The notes under the pieces were generated by a model that ran no database searches, was not told the origin of the DNA, and saw only the letters and a program-made list of their open reading frames with translations. The position numbers and the translations under genes are program-made. Of a stretch of 64,000 nt of DNA, positions 36,076 to 46,738 are shown piece after piece; position 1 is the stretch's first letter, and the number at the start of each line of letters is the position of its first letter. The stretch lies in sequence record PV112478.1; one strand, given 5' to 3'.

Positions 36076-38345
36076 TATTCATCCTCTTCGAGCGCGTCGT
36101 TATCTTCTTCTGGAATTTCAAACTCATCTTCCAGTTCCGGGTCTTCATCGTAGTTGATTTCTATTTCAGGAATGTCGGAGAAATCGTCCCTGTAACCAGG
36201 CTTGGTTCGGGTTGCCGCTCGGATTTTCTCTTCTTCCACTGGGGTGATGTTATCCACGTTCATGTACGCCATTTTCACCCCTGAGCAATAGAGTGTATTG
36301 TTCAGATAGTTCAGCGCCATGCTGTTACCCAGCGGGATCTCGTTACGGTCAATACAGAAATCGAGATCAACAGGGTTTTCCGCAGAGATAATCTTACTCC
36401 ATTGGTATTCCTGCGCTTTCGGGTTATTGGCACGATCCAGCATATCAGCCGCCCACTTCCCGCCAACGATACCAACATAGTTTCGAATCTCCGATTCACC
36501 GAAGAGACGGAACGGGATTTTACGGAAAGGTAAGTTGAAACGCTCACGACCAGAAGGCTTGGTAGGAACACCATGCACCTGTCGTTTAGCGATATCCACT
36601 GCACCCCAGTCATGGCCGGTTTTCTCAAGGACAATGACCTTGATTTCCCCGATCATCGTTGGCTTCGTACTGGTAACACGTTCGCCCAGATCATTGATCC
36701 AGGTAACATGCTCAACCGGTTCAGGGAATGCCTCACGTAAGCGACGACATTGTTCTGCCCCAAGACCCGGTGTATACGGCGGCATATAGGCGAAAATCGC
36801 ATCTTCTGCCACGGCATCAACGTGTTGTTTAATTCGATCAAACGACCAGTTTTGCTGATCAATCTTATCGAGATAAACAGGCGTCGCCGCCCGATAATAA
36901 CGACGAAGTAATTCGTAACATTCGAGATACGTCTCCTTACTCTTACTCTCCTTCAGCATGGCACGAATCGGTTTCTCCACCCGCTGCTCTGCGATGTAAT
37001 TACAATACTGCTCGATGAACATACTGGGGTTCATTCGGTTTGCAATACTGAAACCGTCAACGATCAAGTCAGCAGTCGTTCCGTCTTCATAACGCGGCAT
37101 TTTAGCACGAGGTTTCTTCGCGCAGATAACGCCTTTCATGCCATAGTCAGTCGAGAGCTTATAACCGATAGTGGGGGTGATGTCGTACATGAAAGAGATC
37201 TTCACGTACAGCGTGGGGATGCTCTGTTTCTTTAAACGGAAACGTCGTTTCCCTTCCGGGGCCGAAGTGAAGACGATTGCATCGGTGATAAGACGATGGA
37301 GTTTCTTCGACAGCGCGGGTTCCTTTCCTTGCCCTGCTTCACGACGCAGTTGACGATAGACTTTGACGATCGCATCCATGTAACGCAATTTCGCTTTCCA
37401 CAGACGTGTGATCGCATCATCTTCACCGTATTCTTTCCCGGTGAACTCCGGCATGGCATCCAGTTTATCCCCATCAGACATCCACAGGTCGATATCAACG
37501 ACTCGCGCATTCTCAACGCCTGCTTCGATAAAATATTTCTCATCGAAATAGTAGTCGTAATCTTCCATGGCTTCCGCCGTCATTTCGACACAACCTAACA
37601 TGTCGTCATATTCGCGCAGCGCCATTAAGAGTCCGTCTTTACGAATCTGCTCACCTGGTAACGGAAGAGGACGATAACGTTTACTGTTCCCGTAGGTATT
37701 GATCGGATACTTACCTTTAGGAACAATAATCGTGACCTCGCCAAAGCCCGTGGTCTGATTCTCCTTACACCATTCTTCTGACACCAGAAAACCGTCTTCG
37801 GTCACAGCGTGATGACTTTGGAAGGTTGTTTTGGTACGGGTAGCATAAATGTAATCGCCGTCTGGCGTTACCCCCGGAGAACGATTGAGTCGAACTCCTC
37901 GTTGAAGAATCTCGCCAGGCCGCATGAGTTTTTGATTCTCTATGACCGGGACGAATTCAAAGCCGAAGCTAGTGTGATGAGAACAATAGGTATCGTAGTC
38001 CAGGTAGTCGTATTCACGCGTTTCCATGTTACGTACGATAACAATCTTTTTCGGGTTACTTTTAAAACTCTCGGAACCTCGACCCACCTCAAACTTGTCG
38101 ATTACCGCAATCACTTCCGCAGGGAACTGAACGCGACAACCGAAAGTATATTCGGCATACTCTTTCTCAACACCCACGAAAAAGCGGGGTCGATTGATCC
38201 CTTTTGTGATCAGTTTTTGCTGTATCTGCGATGCCAGCATAACCAAACGAGAAGGCGATGTACAAACTGCCCAGGGTCCGAGGTGAGTGGCTGTCCCTAT
38301 CAGATCAACATCCATTTGATGTTCATTAGGTAACTTTTCTCTCAT
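36075..38345 (-). CDS. rpoB: Non-virion RNAP beta C-terminal subunit (gp71-73-like), uninterrupted
   Basis: GYKLSTDYGMKGVI, RMNPSM and RLFGESE; acidic tail. Confidence 0.9.
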   Translation of the reverse strand: MREKLPNEHQMDVDLIGTATHLGPWAVCTSPSRLVMLASQIQQKLITKGINRPRFFVGVEKEYAEYTFGCRVQFPAEVIAVIDKFEVGRGSESFKSNPKKIVIVRNMETREYDYLDYDTYCSHHTSFGFEFVPVIENQKLMRPGEILQRGVRLNRSPGVTPDGDYIYATRTKTTFQSHHAVTEDGFLVSEEWCKENQTTGFGEVTIIVPKGKYPINTYGNSKRYRPLPLPGEQIRKDGLLMALREYDDMLGCVEMTAEAMEDYDYYFDEKYFIEAGVENARVVDIDLWMSDGDKLDAMPEFTGKEYGEDDAITRLWKAKLRYMDAIVKVYRQLRREAGQGKEPALSKKLHRLITDAIVFTSAPEGKRRFRLKKQSIPTLYVKISFMYDITPTIGYKLSTDYGMKGVICAKKPRAKMPRYEDGTTADLIVDGFSIANRMNPSMFIEQYCNYIAEQRVEKPIRAMLKESKSKETYLECYELLRRYYRAATPVYLDKIDQQNWSFDRIKQHVDAVAEDAIFAYMPPYTPGLGAEQCRRLREAFPEPVEHVTWINDLGERVTSTKPTMIGEIKVIVLEKTGHDWGAVDIAKRQVHGVPTKPSGRERFNLPFRKIPFRLFGESEIRNYVGIVGGKWAADMLDRANNPKAQEYQWSKIISAENPVDLDFCIDRNEIPLGNSMALNYLNNTLYCSGVKMAYMNVDNITPVEEEKIRAATRTKPGYRDDFSDIPEIEINYDEDPELEDEFEIPEEDNDALEEDE

Positions 38346-38425
38346 GACAGACTAAACCCCTTTATGCTTCTTTCACGATAGTTAAAAATAGATTTAGACT
38401 CAGTGTCTAAACAGCCTTCAATAGA

Positions 38426-38435
38426 GTGATATATT
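38426..38435 (-). promoter_or_regulatory. Putative early promoter core (AATATATCAC-TCTATTG)
   Basis: Motif family member upstream of the rpoB-like gene. Confidence 0.5.
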
Positions 38436-38462
38436 CTTTAAGTCAGTTGGAGAAACCTTGTT

Positions 38463-38813
38463 ATGGCAGAACCTTTAATAACGAAATTGAGGAACCCAGG
38501 ACAACCTCAATACTACACGGAAAGTTGGTTGAATTGTGTTGAAGATCATTTATTGTTCCTTCAAGACCCAGGGAACGGCGAAACTTACCGTCCCACGGGA
38601 ATGGAGCGGGCACGGTATAAAGGAAGATTCTACGCTTTCCTCCGTGACGTAGCGAAGGTAACGCAACCGCAATACTTTTACCCTTATCTTCGTGCTAACA
38701 ACATGACATCACCTGATCAATTCGGGGAAAAGTTTGATTTGCTCATCTTCCCTTCAATTAATAAAATCGAGCAGATATACACGCGGTATACGTCGTCTCT
38801 GCCGACGAATTAA
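38463..38813 (+). CDS. Small conserved protein, LysM/tail-X-like
   Basis: YKGRFYAFL...YLRANNMTSPDQF pattern; lies opposite to the surrounding operon. Confidence 0.5.
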   Translation: MAEPLITKLRNPGQPQYYTESWLNCVEDHLLFLQDPGNGETYRPTGMERARYKGRFYAFLRDVAKVTQPQYFYPYLRANNMTSPDQFGEKFDLLIFPSINKIEQIYTRYTSSLPTN

Positions 38814-38904
38814 AAGGTTTTCTATATCATTAGACCCAGCCGTTGAAAATGAGAAAACAAAAAATAAAGAGAAGAGGCGAAAACCTCTTCTCGTTTATAA
38901 CGAA

Positions 38905-39135
38905 TTAATTGGGTTCGAAAACATCGGGCGAGTAGCTAAGAAAGTTGTCTACAGCACCGACCGGTATTTCCAGAAACGCAGCAATTTCTTCGTTGAGATA
39001 ACCCCGTTCAGCCGCCGATACCACCAAACGATGTAAGTGATTATCGATCGTTGTTCGGTAGAGATTAACTTGTGCCTCGACGTCGTCGAGGATAAGTTTC
39101 ATCTGCGAATCTTCTTTTGATTGACGCATTTTCAT
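38905..39135 (-). CDS. Small HTH protein, sigma-region-4-like
   Basis: RGYLNEEIAAFLEIPVGAV; AGGAG RBS. Confidence 0.6.
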   Translation of the reverse strand: MKMRQSKEDSQMKLILDDVEAQVNLYRTTIDNHLHRLVVSAAERGYLNEEIAAFLEIPVGAVDNFLSYSPDVFEPN

Positions 39136-39189
39136 CTCCTTAAAAGAACAGATTGAGAGAGGGCATTTGCCCTCTCTCGGTTTTATGTC

Positions 39190-40443
39190 TTAACGACGGA
39201 AACGGTTGCGAGAACCAAACGCGCTTCGTTCTCCGAATCCGCTTCCGCGACGGTCGTAGTCACGATCATCGTAACGGTCGAGCAAGGAACGAGGACGTGA
39301 ACCACGACGGTCATCATCGTAGTCACGATCGTCCCGGTCGTCATGAGAAACACGACGCAGTAAACCACCGCCCCGGCGATCATCATCGTAACGACGATCG
39401 TTACGACTTCCGCCGATTAAACTACGCGGTTCATCACGACGCTCATCCGTTGAACGAAGTACTTGCCGGCGACCAGAGGAAACTTCACGACGTTGTTCGC
39501 GTTCTTCACGAATACGTTCGCGGTTTTCCGCTTTAGCCTTAGGCTTTGCCAGCTCGTCTTCGTTCGCTTCGCCTTCGTTACCTTCCAGCGGCGGAATGTC
39601 ATTACGATACTCCGTCAGCTCCGCCATGTTCTTAACCCAGTTCGTTCCGATCAACAGACCTTTCATTTCTTCAAAGTCTTCCTGGAATACTTTCGTGACC
39701 TTATTCAGATCAAACGCCAGATTTGCAAACGCCATCATCAGCGAATGGAAATTCGGCGCGACCGATGAACGACTACCATAGCTGTATTCGTCAATCGATT
39801 TATCGAAGTTGGGGAAGATGTGACGGAGCAGGTTAAACAGCGCTGCACGGTCACGAACGCGGAAGGTGACATCGAAGATTTTCTTATCTTCGTTATTCTC
39901 CTGGTCCGCAATCGGGAAGGTGGTTACCGCCACGCGAGAATACTCTTCGCCTTTCCATACGCCGCCACGTTTGATGAAGATGTTGATAAACGCGTTATCG
40001 CCTTTAAAGGTCAACTTCGACATCATCAATTTACGGGTATCTTCAACCGTACGTTTATCGGCTTCCGGTAAGAGGCGAAGATAGTCGCGTTGCTCCGGCG
40101 TCAGTTTTGCATGGCGATCTGTGTCCGCGGCCAGTTCGGTCAGGAAACAGATCATCGTTGCCCCAACCTGATAGAGTCGGTTACAAACACAGAGCGTCAA
40201 ACGTTCCAGTACTTCGGACTTTTTCCGTTGGGTGTTTTCGGATAGCGGGTGGAACGGGATAGTATTTTCCCAATCCGGATTTTTCAGCCATTCGTCGGTC
40301 GGAATAACCAACTGACGTTTGTTCATGGTGAAAGGTGCTCTGACGCCCAATGCTTCGAAATAGACGCCGCCATTCTCATCCACCTCAAAACCTAACGCGG
40401 TAAGAATCTCGCGATAGATCGTAGTCAACTTTTTCTTGTTCAT
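39190..40443 (-). CDS. Conserved core protein (gp70-like) with Arg/Asp-rich disordered tail
   Basis: Position after the PicA-like gene; C-terminal ~110 aa are R/D/G/S-rich. Confidence 0.7.
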   Translation of the reverse strand: MNKKKLTTIYREILTALGFEVDENGGVYFEALGVRAPFTMNKRQLVIPTDEWLKNPDWENTIPFHPLSENTQRKKSEVLERLTLCVCNRLYQVGATMICFLTELAADTDRHAKLTPEQRDYLRLLPEADKRTVEDTRKLMMSKLTFKGDNAFINIFIKRGGVWKGEEYSRVAVTTFPIADQENNEDKKIFDVTFRVRDRAALFNLLRHIFPNFDKSIDEYSYGSRSSVAPNFHSLMMAFANLAFDLNKVTKVFQEDFEEMKGLLIGTNWVKNMAELTEYRNDIPPLEGNEGEANEDELAKPKAKAENRERIREEREQRREVSSGRRQVLRSTDERRDEPRSLIGGSRNDRRYDDDRRGGGLLRRVSHDDRDDRDYDDDRRGSRPRSLLDRYDDRDYDRRGSGFGERSAFGSRNRFRR

Positions 40444-40471
40444 TTCTTTTCCTCAAAGAGAATCTTATCGT

Positions 40472-41995
40472 TTAAAAACGGCCGTTCCCGCCCCAACTGA
40501 AACCAGTCAACGCGTCATCGATACGGTTTTCTTCCATGGAGAATTGACTGTCTGCCAATTCGGTGATCGTACTTTGCAAGTCAGTGACGATCTTAGATGC
40601 CAGATCGTAGTCATCGGTTTTCTGCGGTGAGATAAGACCATCGCAATACATCGGAATAACGTAAAGCTCTTCCGGTTGGCCGTCTAACGACAGATTGATT
40701 TTAATGTCCGTGATCGCAGAGCAGTCGATCGTACAGGTAACGATCATCTGACCATTATGGGAAATGGGATTCGCTACTTGATACTCAATCAACTGACGAA
40801 CCGCGTTCACCGCGCCCGAGACGTTCGAACCCGGAATCAACGGACGTTCACCCCAGACCTCAACCTGCATTTCTCCGATATCGTTATCATTACTGAAAGC
40901 GATCATGGCATCAGAGATGTGGTTGGTCATCAGGATAGAAGGTACGGCTTGAGAGATGATACGAACTGCTACTGCATCAACACCTGCACCGCCGAGGTTG
41001 TTCCCACGTCCACGTTCGTAGCTTTTATAACCACGCTCTTCGACCTGTTTCGGATTGATAAACTGCGTGACGGGCTGACCACGATAAGTCTCTGGCCAAT
41101 CTACCATCCGCGCTAAGTCTTCGAGGCGAATGACGCCTTCTTGATAGAAGTCGCATTCTTGCAGGAACTGTGCAAAGAGTGGGTTATCTTCTGTTTTGCT
41201 CAGGTTAACTGCTCCTGCCGCCAGTTCCGATTTTGACATCTCTTCCCCTGCTAACGCAGAGTCGGGGTTCCAGCTCGGCTGCTCCATTGTCTCCGCCAGT
41301 ACACCCGCCTTCAATACCGTCGAGATGTAATCCGCCGCATTATTTTCACGACGAGAACCCATCTTGATATCGCCCACCAGATCAGCACGGGTATCGATAA
41401 TCTGATCGCCGCCAGAATGGTAACGCTGATAATCTTGGATACCTACGTCATTGAAGATATCGTGCGGACGAATTAAACGCTCGCCACGGTCACGGCGAAG
41501 ACCACGTTGGCCTTCGTTACGGCCCCGACCACGGATAACGTACTCAGAGGATTCAATTCGTGGACGCAGAATACGGCCACGGCCCGTATCGAGAACGGTG
41601 TCACGGATGATGATGGAGTTATTGATGAAGAGATCCATTTGGTCATCCAGTTCACCGCTGACCATGCTGACGCCGTTATAATCGGTGAACCCGGTCAGTA
41701 CCTGACGTTGGGTAGATCCCGCATAGTCAGAGATCAGGAACGTGATAATGAAACTCAAACGTTTCTCACCCCAACCCCCGGGGATATCAATAATTGAACC
41801 GCGCTTTGCAGTCATGCTGATCGCATCGTTAACAGCTGCTGATAACGAAATCGAGTTGATGTTTCTGCCGCGATCGGTTGCTTTGACAAGACGGTCTTTC
41901 ACGCCATTGTCGAAATGAGTCGTGAATGAGCTACCGTATTGGTCATCGTAATTAGAAGTAGTGAAGAAGAATGCACTAATTACAGTCGGTTTCAT
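40472..41995 (-). CDS. picA: PicA/Imp1-like nuclear import protein (phiKZ gp69-like)
   Basis: Size and position immediately after the gp68-like gene; synteny-based only. Confidence 0.55.
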   Translation of the reverse strand: MKPTVISAFFFTTSNYDDQYGSSFTTHFDNGVKDRLVKATDRGRNINSISLSAAVNDAISMTAKRGSIIDIPGGWGEKRLSFIITFLISDYAGSTQRQVLTGFTDYNGVSMVSGELDDQMDLFINNSIIIRDTVLDTGRGRILRPRIESSEYVIRGRGRNEGQRGLRRDRGERLIRPHDIFNDVGIQDYQRYHSGGDQIIDTRADLVGDIKMGSRRENNAADYISTVLKAGVLAETMEQPSWNPDSALAGEEMSKSELAAGAVNLSKTEDNPLFAQFLQECDFYQEGVIRLEDLARMVDWPETYRGQPVTQFINPKQVEERGYKSYERGRGNNLGGAGVDAVAVRIISQAVPSILMTNHISDAMIAFSNDNDIGEMQVEVWGERPLIPGSNVSGAVNAVRQLIEYQVANPISHNGQMIVTCTIDCSAITDIKINLSLDGQPEELYVIPMYCDGLISPQKTDDYDLASKIVTDLQSTITELADSQFSMEENRIDDALTGFSWGGNGRF

Positions 41996-42023
41996 TTACA
42001 GGTTCCTTTTCGGTAGTTTGGTA

Positions 42024-43565
42024 TTAAGGTTTAGCAATGGTAGAACGCGTCTTAATGAAGATAATGAACTCAGCCAGTAACTGTTTAAAGTTAGGCGGTA
42101 CCATTAATCCGCGATGATTATCTTCAATCATCGTACTTTCGTTTGCAATCTCAGCAACGACATCGCGTTGCCAATAGTTGTTCGCAAATTCATTATAGAA
42201 GGCGTTAACGGCGATCTCGCCGGGAGTTTTTAGCATGGCTTTAGAGCGGGCAGACCCTAAAGTTGAATAGCGTCGATATGGATAAATTTCATTGAAGACA
42301 TTCAGTTGCTCCTCTTTGATTTGTCCTGCATTGAAGATATTTTGGATTCTTTCTTTCTGCGTAGCACCAATCAAGTCCGCCAGCGCCGCGAACCCGTTTT
42401 GATAAAGATAGACCTGCGCAATAGAGATCAGATCAATCGCTCCGCTGCGCTCCGTATGCGGAATAGAACGCGTAACAACCTGTTGATGTAACGTCACCGC
42501 TACCAACTTCAGTTGCGCTTCGTTCGGGTTGAAAAACTTCCTGGACTTATTACGCGCAATCACCGAGAAAAGTAACGCTTGGTCGTAGTCATCACCGAGA
42601 ATACGACTGGCTTTCGCCCGCAGTTCTTTCGCCCAATAATCAAACGCGATACGTTCGCCGTCAGAAATACTTTCCCTGACTTTATAACTTTCCGCCGTAG
42701 ACAGGTTATCTTCTTCCCCGCCTGAGTCTTTGACCATGGTCTTTGGCCTGACGTCATCTTTGCCGCTCCGTCCGCCGTCACTTGGAAGCTGCGTTTTGAT
42801 CGCGCTCCACATCTTACTGATCAGGTTAACGGTTTCGACTTGATCATCGTCATCATCATGACTCAACTGAATCACTGACAACCGACTCACCACGAGATAC
42901 GCCAACATCCATTCGGGAATATCCGCTGAACCGATCCCAAAGATGATATTTTTCATCCCTGGTGTCGTCCCCGAAACCACCGCATCTACGAACTCACGGA
43001 AACGTTCCATCGCCTGTGATTCATAGATTTCAGTTCGACGTAAAAGCTGTTGCGCGTAGATCTCTTTGTTGGATTCTGCCATTGCGGATTCCAACGCCAA
43101 GAACTCACTCCAGATCGGCACCATTGCTTTCAGAGCAATCGACATCACGGTCAGTTGACGATAATCCGGTTCCAGATATGTTTGCTCTGGACGATCATCT
43201 TCCAGCAAAGACGTTTTCAAATCTGGTGGTAAACGGATATCGCTGTAGTGGCGCATCCAGTGATCGATCAAGGCTAACGGCAAGAACTGATAAAGTTCAA
43301 TGATGTCCTCGTTGACCAATTTACTCGTGGTATTGAATTCGTACGCATTGTCCAGTTTATCACGAATGTTACGATAAACTAAGAAGACCTTTTCCTGAAT
43401 GTCTTCTTCGAGATAAGAGAAGAATCGATTAATGTCACGAAAGGTTGTTTCGTTCCAGGTCAATTTCTTCATCTCCCAAAAGAGCGTGTCGTATTCCCCG
43501 TGACTCATGCAGAGTACACGCGTTTTTGCTCGACCACCTAAACTTTCATCAAAATAAAATTGCAT
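42024..43565 (-). CDS. nvRNAP sigma-like promoter-specificity subunit (gp68-like)
   Basis: 513 aa, helical, between the ChmC-like and PicA-like genes; synteny-based. Confidence 0.65.
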   Translation of the reverse strand: MQFYFDESLGGRAKTRVLCMSHGEYDTLFWEMKKLTWNETTFRDINRFFSYLEEDIQEKVFLVYRNIRDKLDNAYEFNTTSKLVNEDIIELYQFLPLALIDHWMRHYSDIRLPPDLKTSLLEDDRPEQTYLEPDYRQLTVMSIALKAMVPIWSEFLALESAMAESNKEIYAQQLLRRTEIYESQAMERFREFVDAVVSGTTPGMKNIIFGIGSADIPEWMLAYLVVSRLSVIQLSHDDDDDQVETVNLISKMWSAIKTQLPSDGGRSGKDDVRPKTMVKDSGGEEDNLSTAESYKVRESISDGERIAFDYWAKELRAKASRILGDDYDQALLFSVIARNKSRKFFNPNEAQLKLVAVTLHQQVVTRSIPHTERSGAIDLISIAQVYLYQNGFAALADLIGATQKERIQNIFNAGQIKEEQLNVFNEIYPYRRYSTLGSARSKAMLKTPGEIAVNAFYNEFANNYWQRDVVAEIANESTMIEDNHRGLMVPPNFKQLLAEFIIFIKTRSTIAKP

Positions 43566-43597
43566 GGTTTTTCCTCGGGTTTACGGCTATCAATAGA

Positions 43598-43607
43598 GTA
43601 ATATATG
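43598..43607 (-). promoter_or_regulatory. Putative early promoter core (CATATATTAC-TCTATTG)
   Basis: Exact TATTAC core 33 nt upstream of the ATG. Confidence 0.55.
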
Positions 43608-43659
43608 CACGAAAACAAATGGAACCGAGCGAGTCTCACGACTCGCTCGGGTATTCCTG

Positions 43660-44496
43660 TTACCAAGGAACGTCGTTATCAAAGGTGCCTTGCGGCGCCG
43701 CAGGTGCAGCAGGTTGAGAGGACGCTTGGTTGCCGCCGCCCCAACTATTACCGCCGTTACCGCCACCGGAATTGTTGTTCCAGTTACCGCCGCCGTTACC
43801 GCCTTGACGTTTAGCAAAGTTCTGTTGGTTCTGCTGACGGTTACGGTCTTTCGCTTCTTGAACTTCTTGGTCAGACATATAACCCGCTTTCAGAATGGTG
43901 TTAACGTGATCCCACCAGATGTCTGCACGAGCACGGGCCGCCAGAGAGGAAACATAACCGTTAGTCAGGACTTCACCGGAAGAAAGACGCAGCTGCGTCA
44001 TCTTCGGCGGAGTGAAGTAGAACTTCACGTTATCGCGCCCTTTCATCATCAGACCAATGAAAACGCCTTCCTGGTCTTTACCTACAACAACCATGACTTC
44101 GGTTTCAGGGCGATCGAGCTTTTTGCCGAACATGAAAGTTGTCATACTTTCAAGTTTAACGATCGAAACCGGCTGTCCGTTCTCATCCAGTGCGCGACCC
44201 GAAGCAACGTCTTCGATCGCCATCGTGATCATTCTGAACTGCGTCAACGAAGGGTAGAAATCGATTTTCCCGTCACGACCTTGTTTACGCAGGTTCACGC
44301 CCATTTTGATATCACGGACTTTAACGTGATTACCGTCAACTTTGTGGTAACGGAAATCGACGAACAGAAACGGCTCTTTACCGTCACTGCTTTGTGTTGC
44401 GGGCGCGCTCAAACGGCAGTCCCAAGCATCCATCGCGCGAAGAGGACGTCCGAGATCAAATGTATTGTTGTTAGCCATAACTAGCCTTAATTTCAC
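43660..44496 (-). CDS. chmC: ChmC-like nucleus-associated nucleic-acid-binding protein with G/N-rich tail
   Basis: Position upstream of the gp68-like gene; low-complexity GGNGGGNWNNNSGGG tail. Confidence 0.6.
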   Translation of the reverse strand: MKLRLVMANNNTFDLGRPLRAMDAWDCRLSAPATQSSDGKEPFLFVDFRYHKVDGNHVKVRDIKMGVNLRKQGRDGKIDFYPSLTQFRMITMAIEDVASGRALDENGQPVSIVKLESMTTFMFGKKLDRPETEVMVVVGKDQEGVFIGLMMKGRDNVKFYFTPPKMTQLRLSSGEVLTNGYVSSLAARARADIWWDHVNTILKAGYMSDQEVQEAKDRNRQQNQQNFAKRQGGNGGGNWNNNSGGGNGGNSWGGGNQASSQPAAPAAPQGTFDNDVPW

Positions 44497-44548
44497 GGTT
44501 AAGAAAAGGGTATCGTATTAACTCACCCTCGCGTAAAAACTGAGACTC

Positions 44549-45394
44549 TTAGAAAAGTCTTTTTAGCATCTCAGCAGTGTAGCGGTCGTTCATCCAGTTC
44601 AGGTTGAGCCTTATTTTGTCCATCGTTGTCATCGTTGTCCATTTGAAACGTTCTGACAATTCAAGAACAGCCTCCCTCACCGGTTTGGGGTAACGCATAA
44701 AAAGAATATTTCGGTCACCGAAGACCTGAATCGTGAACGTGTTAAACGGAATCCTTGGGTAGAGCTTTCCGTCCGTCAATTTGGTGTTCCACTGACTCTT
44801 CGATTTGATCGCACCTGAATACGATTCAATCAAACGTAATTGCGTAAACTCAGTACGGGAAAGTAAGTCAATGGAGTAATGAGTCATGATCAGAGCTTTG
44901 ATGGGTTCCCCTTTTAATTGAGAACCTTTATCAAAGTCGACATAGCGTCCGATGGGCCGACGTAAAACCTCATCGATAACATTGTCCATTAAATGACGAA
45001 ACGTTTTCTGAAGCGGAGTCTTCGGGTTAAACAAAATCGCGTGACGATAATCCCGTAGCAAGTTGGCGTATTCACGGTGATATAAGGTAACTTTGTCAAG
45101 TTTCCCTTGTCCGTACTGAAGAATTTGATGGAGCTCTTCTTCGAGGGTATCGGCAAATGCTGCGACCACCACTTGATTATTACGCTGGCTTTTATCCTGC
45201 ATCAGAGACCCTACAAGCGCTTTTCTGTCTTCACCGTCTAACGCATCGTAGATGTTACGATAAAGCGTCCGTGTGTTGATCCAGAGCCCTCCGTAACGTT
45301 TGTTTGGTTCAAGGGTCTCCATAGCCAAACTGGTACCGATGCTGAGCGGTAGTTCCCCTACCGCTCTTCTCGCAAGGATGTCGTAGATATTCAT
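44549..45394 (-). CDS. Conserved core protein, function unassigned
   Basis: 281-aa ORF in the core operon. Confidence 0.7.
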   Translation of the reverse strand: MNIYDILARRAVGELPLSIGTSLAMETLEPNKRYGGLWINTRTLYRNIYDALDGEDRKALVGSLMQDKSQRNNQVVVAAFADTLEEELHQILQYGQGKLDKVTLYHREYANLLRDYRHAILFNPKTPLQKTFRHLMDNVIDEVLRRPIGRYVDFDKGSQLKGEPIKALIMTHYSIDLLSRTEFTQLRLIESYSGAIKSKSQWNTKLTDGKLYPRIPFNTFTIQVFGDRNILFMRYPKPVREAVLELSERFKWTTMTTMDKIRLNLNWMNDRYTAEMLKRLF

Positions 45395-45627
45395 TCTGCT
45401 CCTTGGTCGACGTTCTTACTTTTGGTCACCGAGCTTAAAATCGCATAGATGACCCGGGCCAAAATCAATGCGAACAACGCTAATGTCGCATGAGCAGCAA
45501 CATTGTAGTCGTTAGCGTGAAAGAGACTGGCGAAAGAGGACATAAACCAAAATAAAAACCAAAATCCTGATGCCGCAATAATCTCCAGAATAATGTTCGT
45601 CGCCGGCTTATCCATCTTATTCCTCAA
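45391..45627 (-). CDS. Small two-TM membrane protein
   Basis: Two hydrophobic helices; overlaps both neighbours. Confidence 0.65.
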   Translation of the reverse strand: MRNKMDKPATNIILEIIAASGFWFLFWFMSSFASLFHANDYNVAAHATLALFALILARVIYAILSSVTKSKNVDQGAE

Positions 45628-46738
45628 TTAATTCATTCAATAACGAAAGAGTCTTTTCAATTTTACTTGCCGGGATTTGTTCGTTCTCCCAGCGCTGTTT
45701 GAACAGAGGTTGAATACTTGACGGCGTGATAGGGGTAAACTCAAAACGTTTCTGAGTGAACGTGCTCCCCGCCACCGTTTGGGTTTTCTTCCCTCTTCTG
45801 ATCTCACTGAGTTCATAATCAGGGAAAGTAGATTTAAGAATTTCCATCCACGCCGTCACCGGGTCATCGGACATAAACTCTAACCTTATCGCCGAGCCTT
45901 TCGGGAGATCACTCTGCCTGTCGATGAGATCGATAATTTCCGGGAAATCTAAACCGATAGCAGAAAGCGTACGGTATATTTTCGCCTGCTGATTAATCCG
46001 GCGTTTAAAGTCGACCTCTTTCCCGTTTAAGAACGTCAGTTCGATCACACCTTTAGGTTCTTCTTCCCCGTGACCAAGTCGCTCCAGCGAACCCACAGAG
46101 ACCCATTTCAGATACCGACTGTGGTTATGGATATGCCCAGAGAGAATGACCAGGGAGACAAGATCACTCCATTTCACCGCATCGTGTAACGCAGGGGAAT
46201 GAATCCCAGGCAACTGATAAGTACAGCCCCCATGAACAATAGCGATATCGACTTTTTCCAGCCCGCGAGAATGAATCAAATCCTTAACCTGCTGGAGCGT
46301 TAGTTCCGCGTTATGAGTCCATTCATCGGGAAGGTAAAGTACGTTGATATCCCACGCCTCAAAATATTCGATACTCAACGTATCAACGTATTTCAGTTGC
46401 GCGTCAATCCCCTCGCCGTCGTTGATAAAATCGAAAATCTGATTCTGTCGACGGTCATGAGAGTTGGTTCCTTCTAATACACGGAGTAAAATGTTCCATT
46501 TTTTACAATAACGCAAGAGGTGACGAACACCTTCAATTGCGTAGTAGATATCGGGTTCATTGAAACTGACCAAATGATCGAAGTAATCCCCTGACACCGT
46601 GAGGATGTCTAAATCGGGTTTTTCTTCCATCGGGTAAAGTCGCCTTAACCCCGCAAGCATTCGCGGGGATTTGGTTCGCTTATGGAAGAAGTGAATATCG
46701 CTGACAGCACCTATTGTGAGTTTTTTGTCAGAAATCAT
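45617..46738 (-). CDS. sbcD: SbcD/Mre11-like metallophosphoesterase nuclease
   Basis: SDIH, GDYFD, GTNSHD and SGHIH motifs. Confidence 0.85.
   Translation of the reverse strand: MISDKKLTIGAVSDIHFFHKRTKSPRMLAGLRRLYPMEEKPDLDILTVSGDYFDHLVSFNEPDIYYAIEGVRHLLRYCKKWNILLRVLEGTNSHDRRQNQIFDFINDGEGIDAQLKYVDTLSIEYFEAWDINVLYLPDEWTHNAELTLQQVKDLIHSRGLEKVDIAIVHGGCTYQLPGIHSPALHDAVKWSDLVSLVILSGHIHNHSRYLKWVSVGSLERLGHGEEEPKGVIELTFLNGKEVDFKRRINQQAKIYRTLSAIGLDFPEIIDLIDRQSDLPKGSAIRLEFMSDDPVTAWMEILKSTFPDYELSEIRRGKKTQTVAGSTFTQKRFEFTPITPSSIQPLFKQRWENEQIPASKIEKTLSLLNELIEE

Noticed and set aside
36075-38345. Group I introns or homing endonucleases as found in phiKZ nvRNAP genes
   Set aside because: Both this gene and 48380-49834 are continuous ORFs with all motifs in frame.
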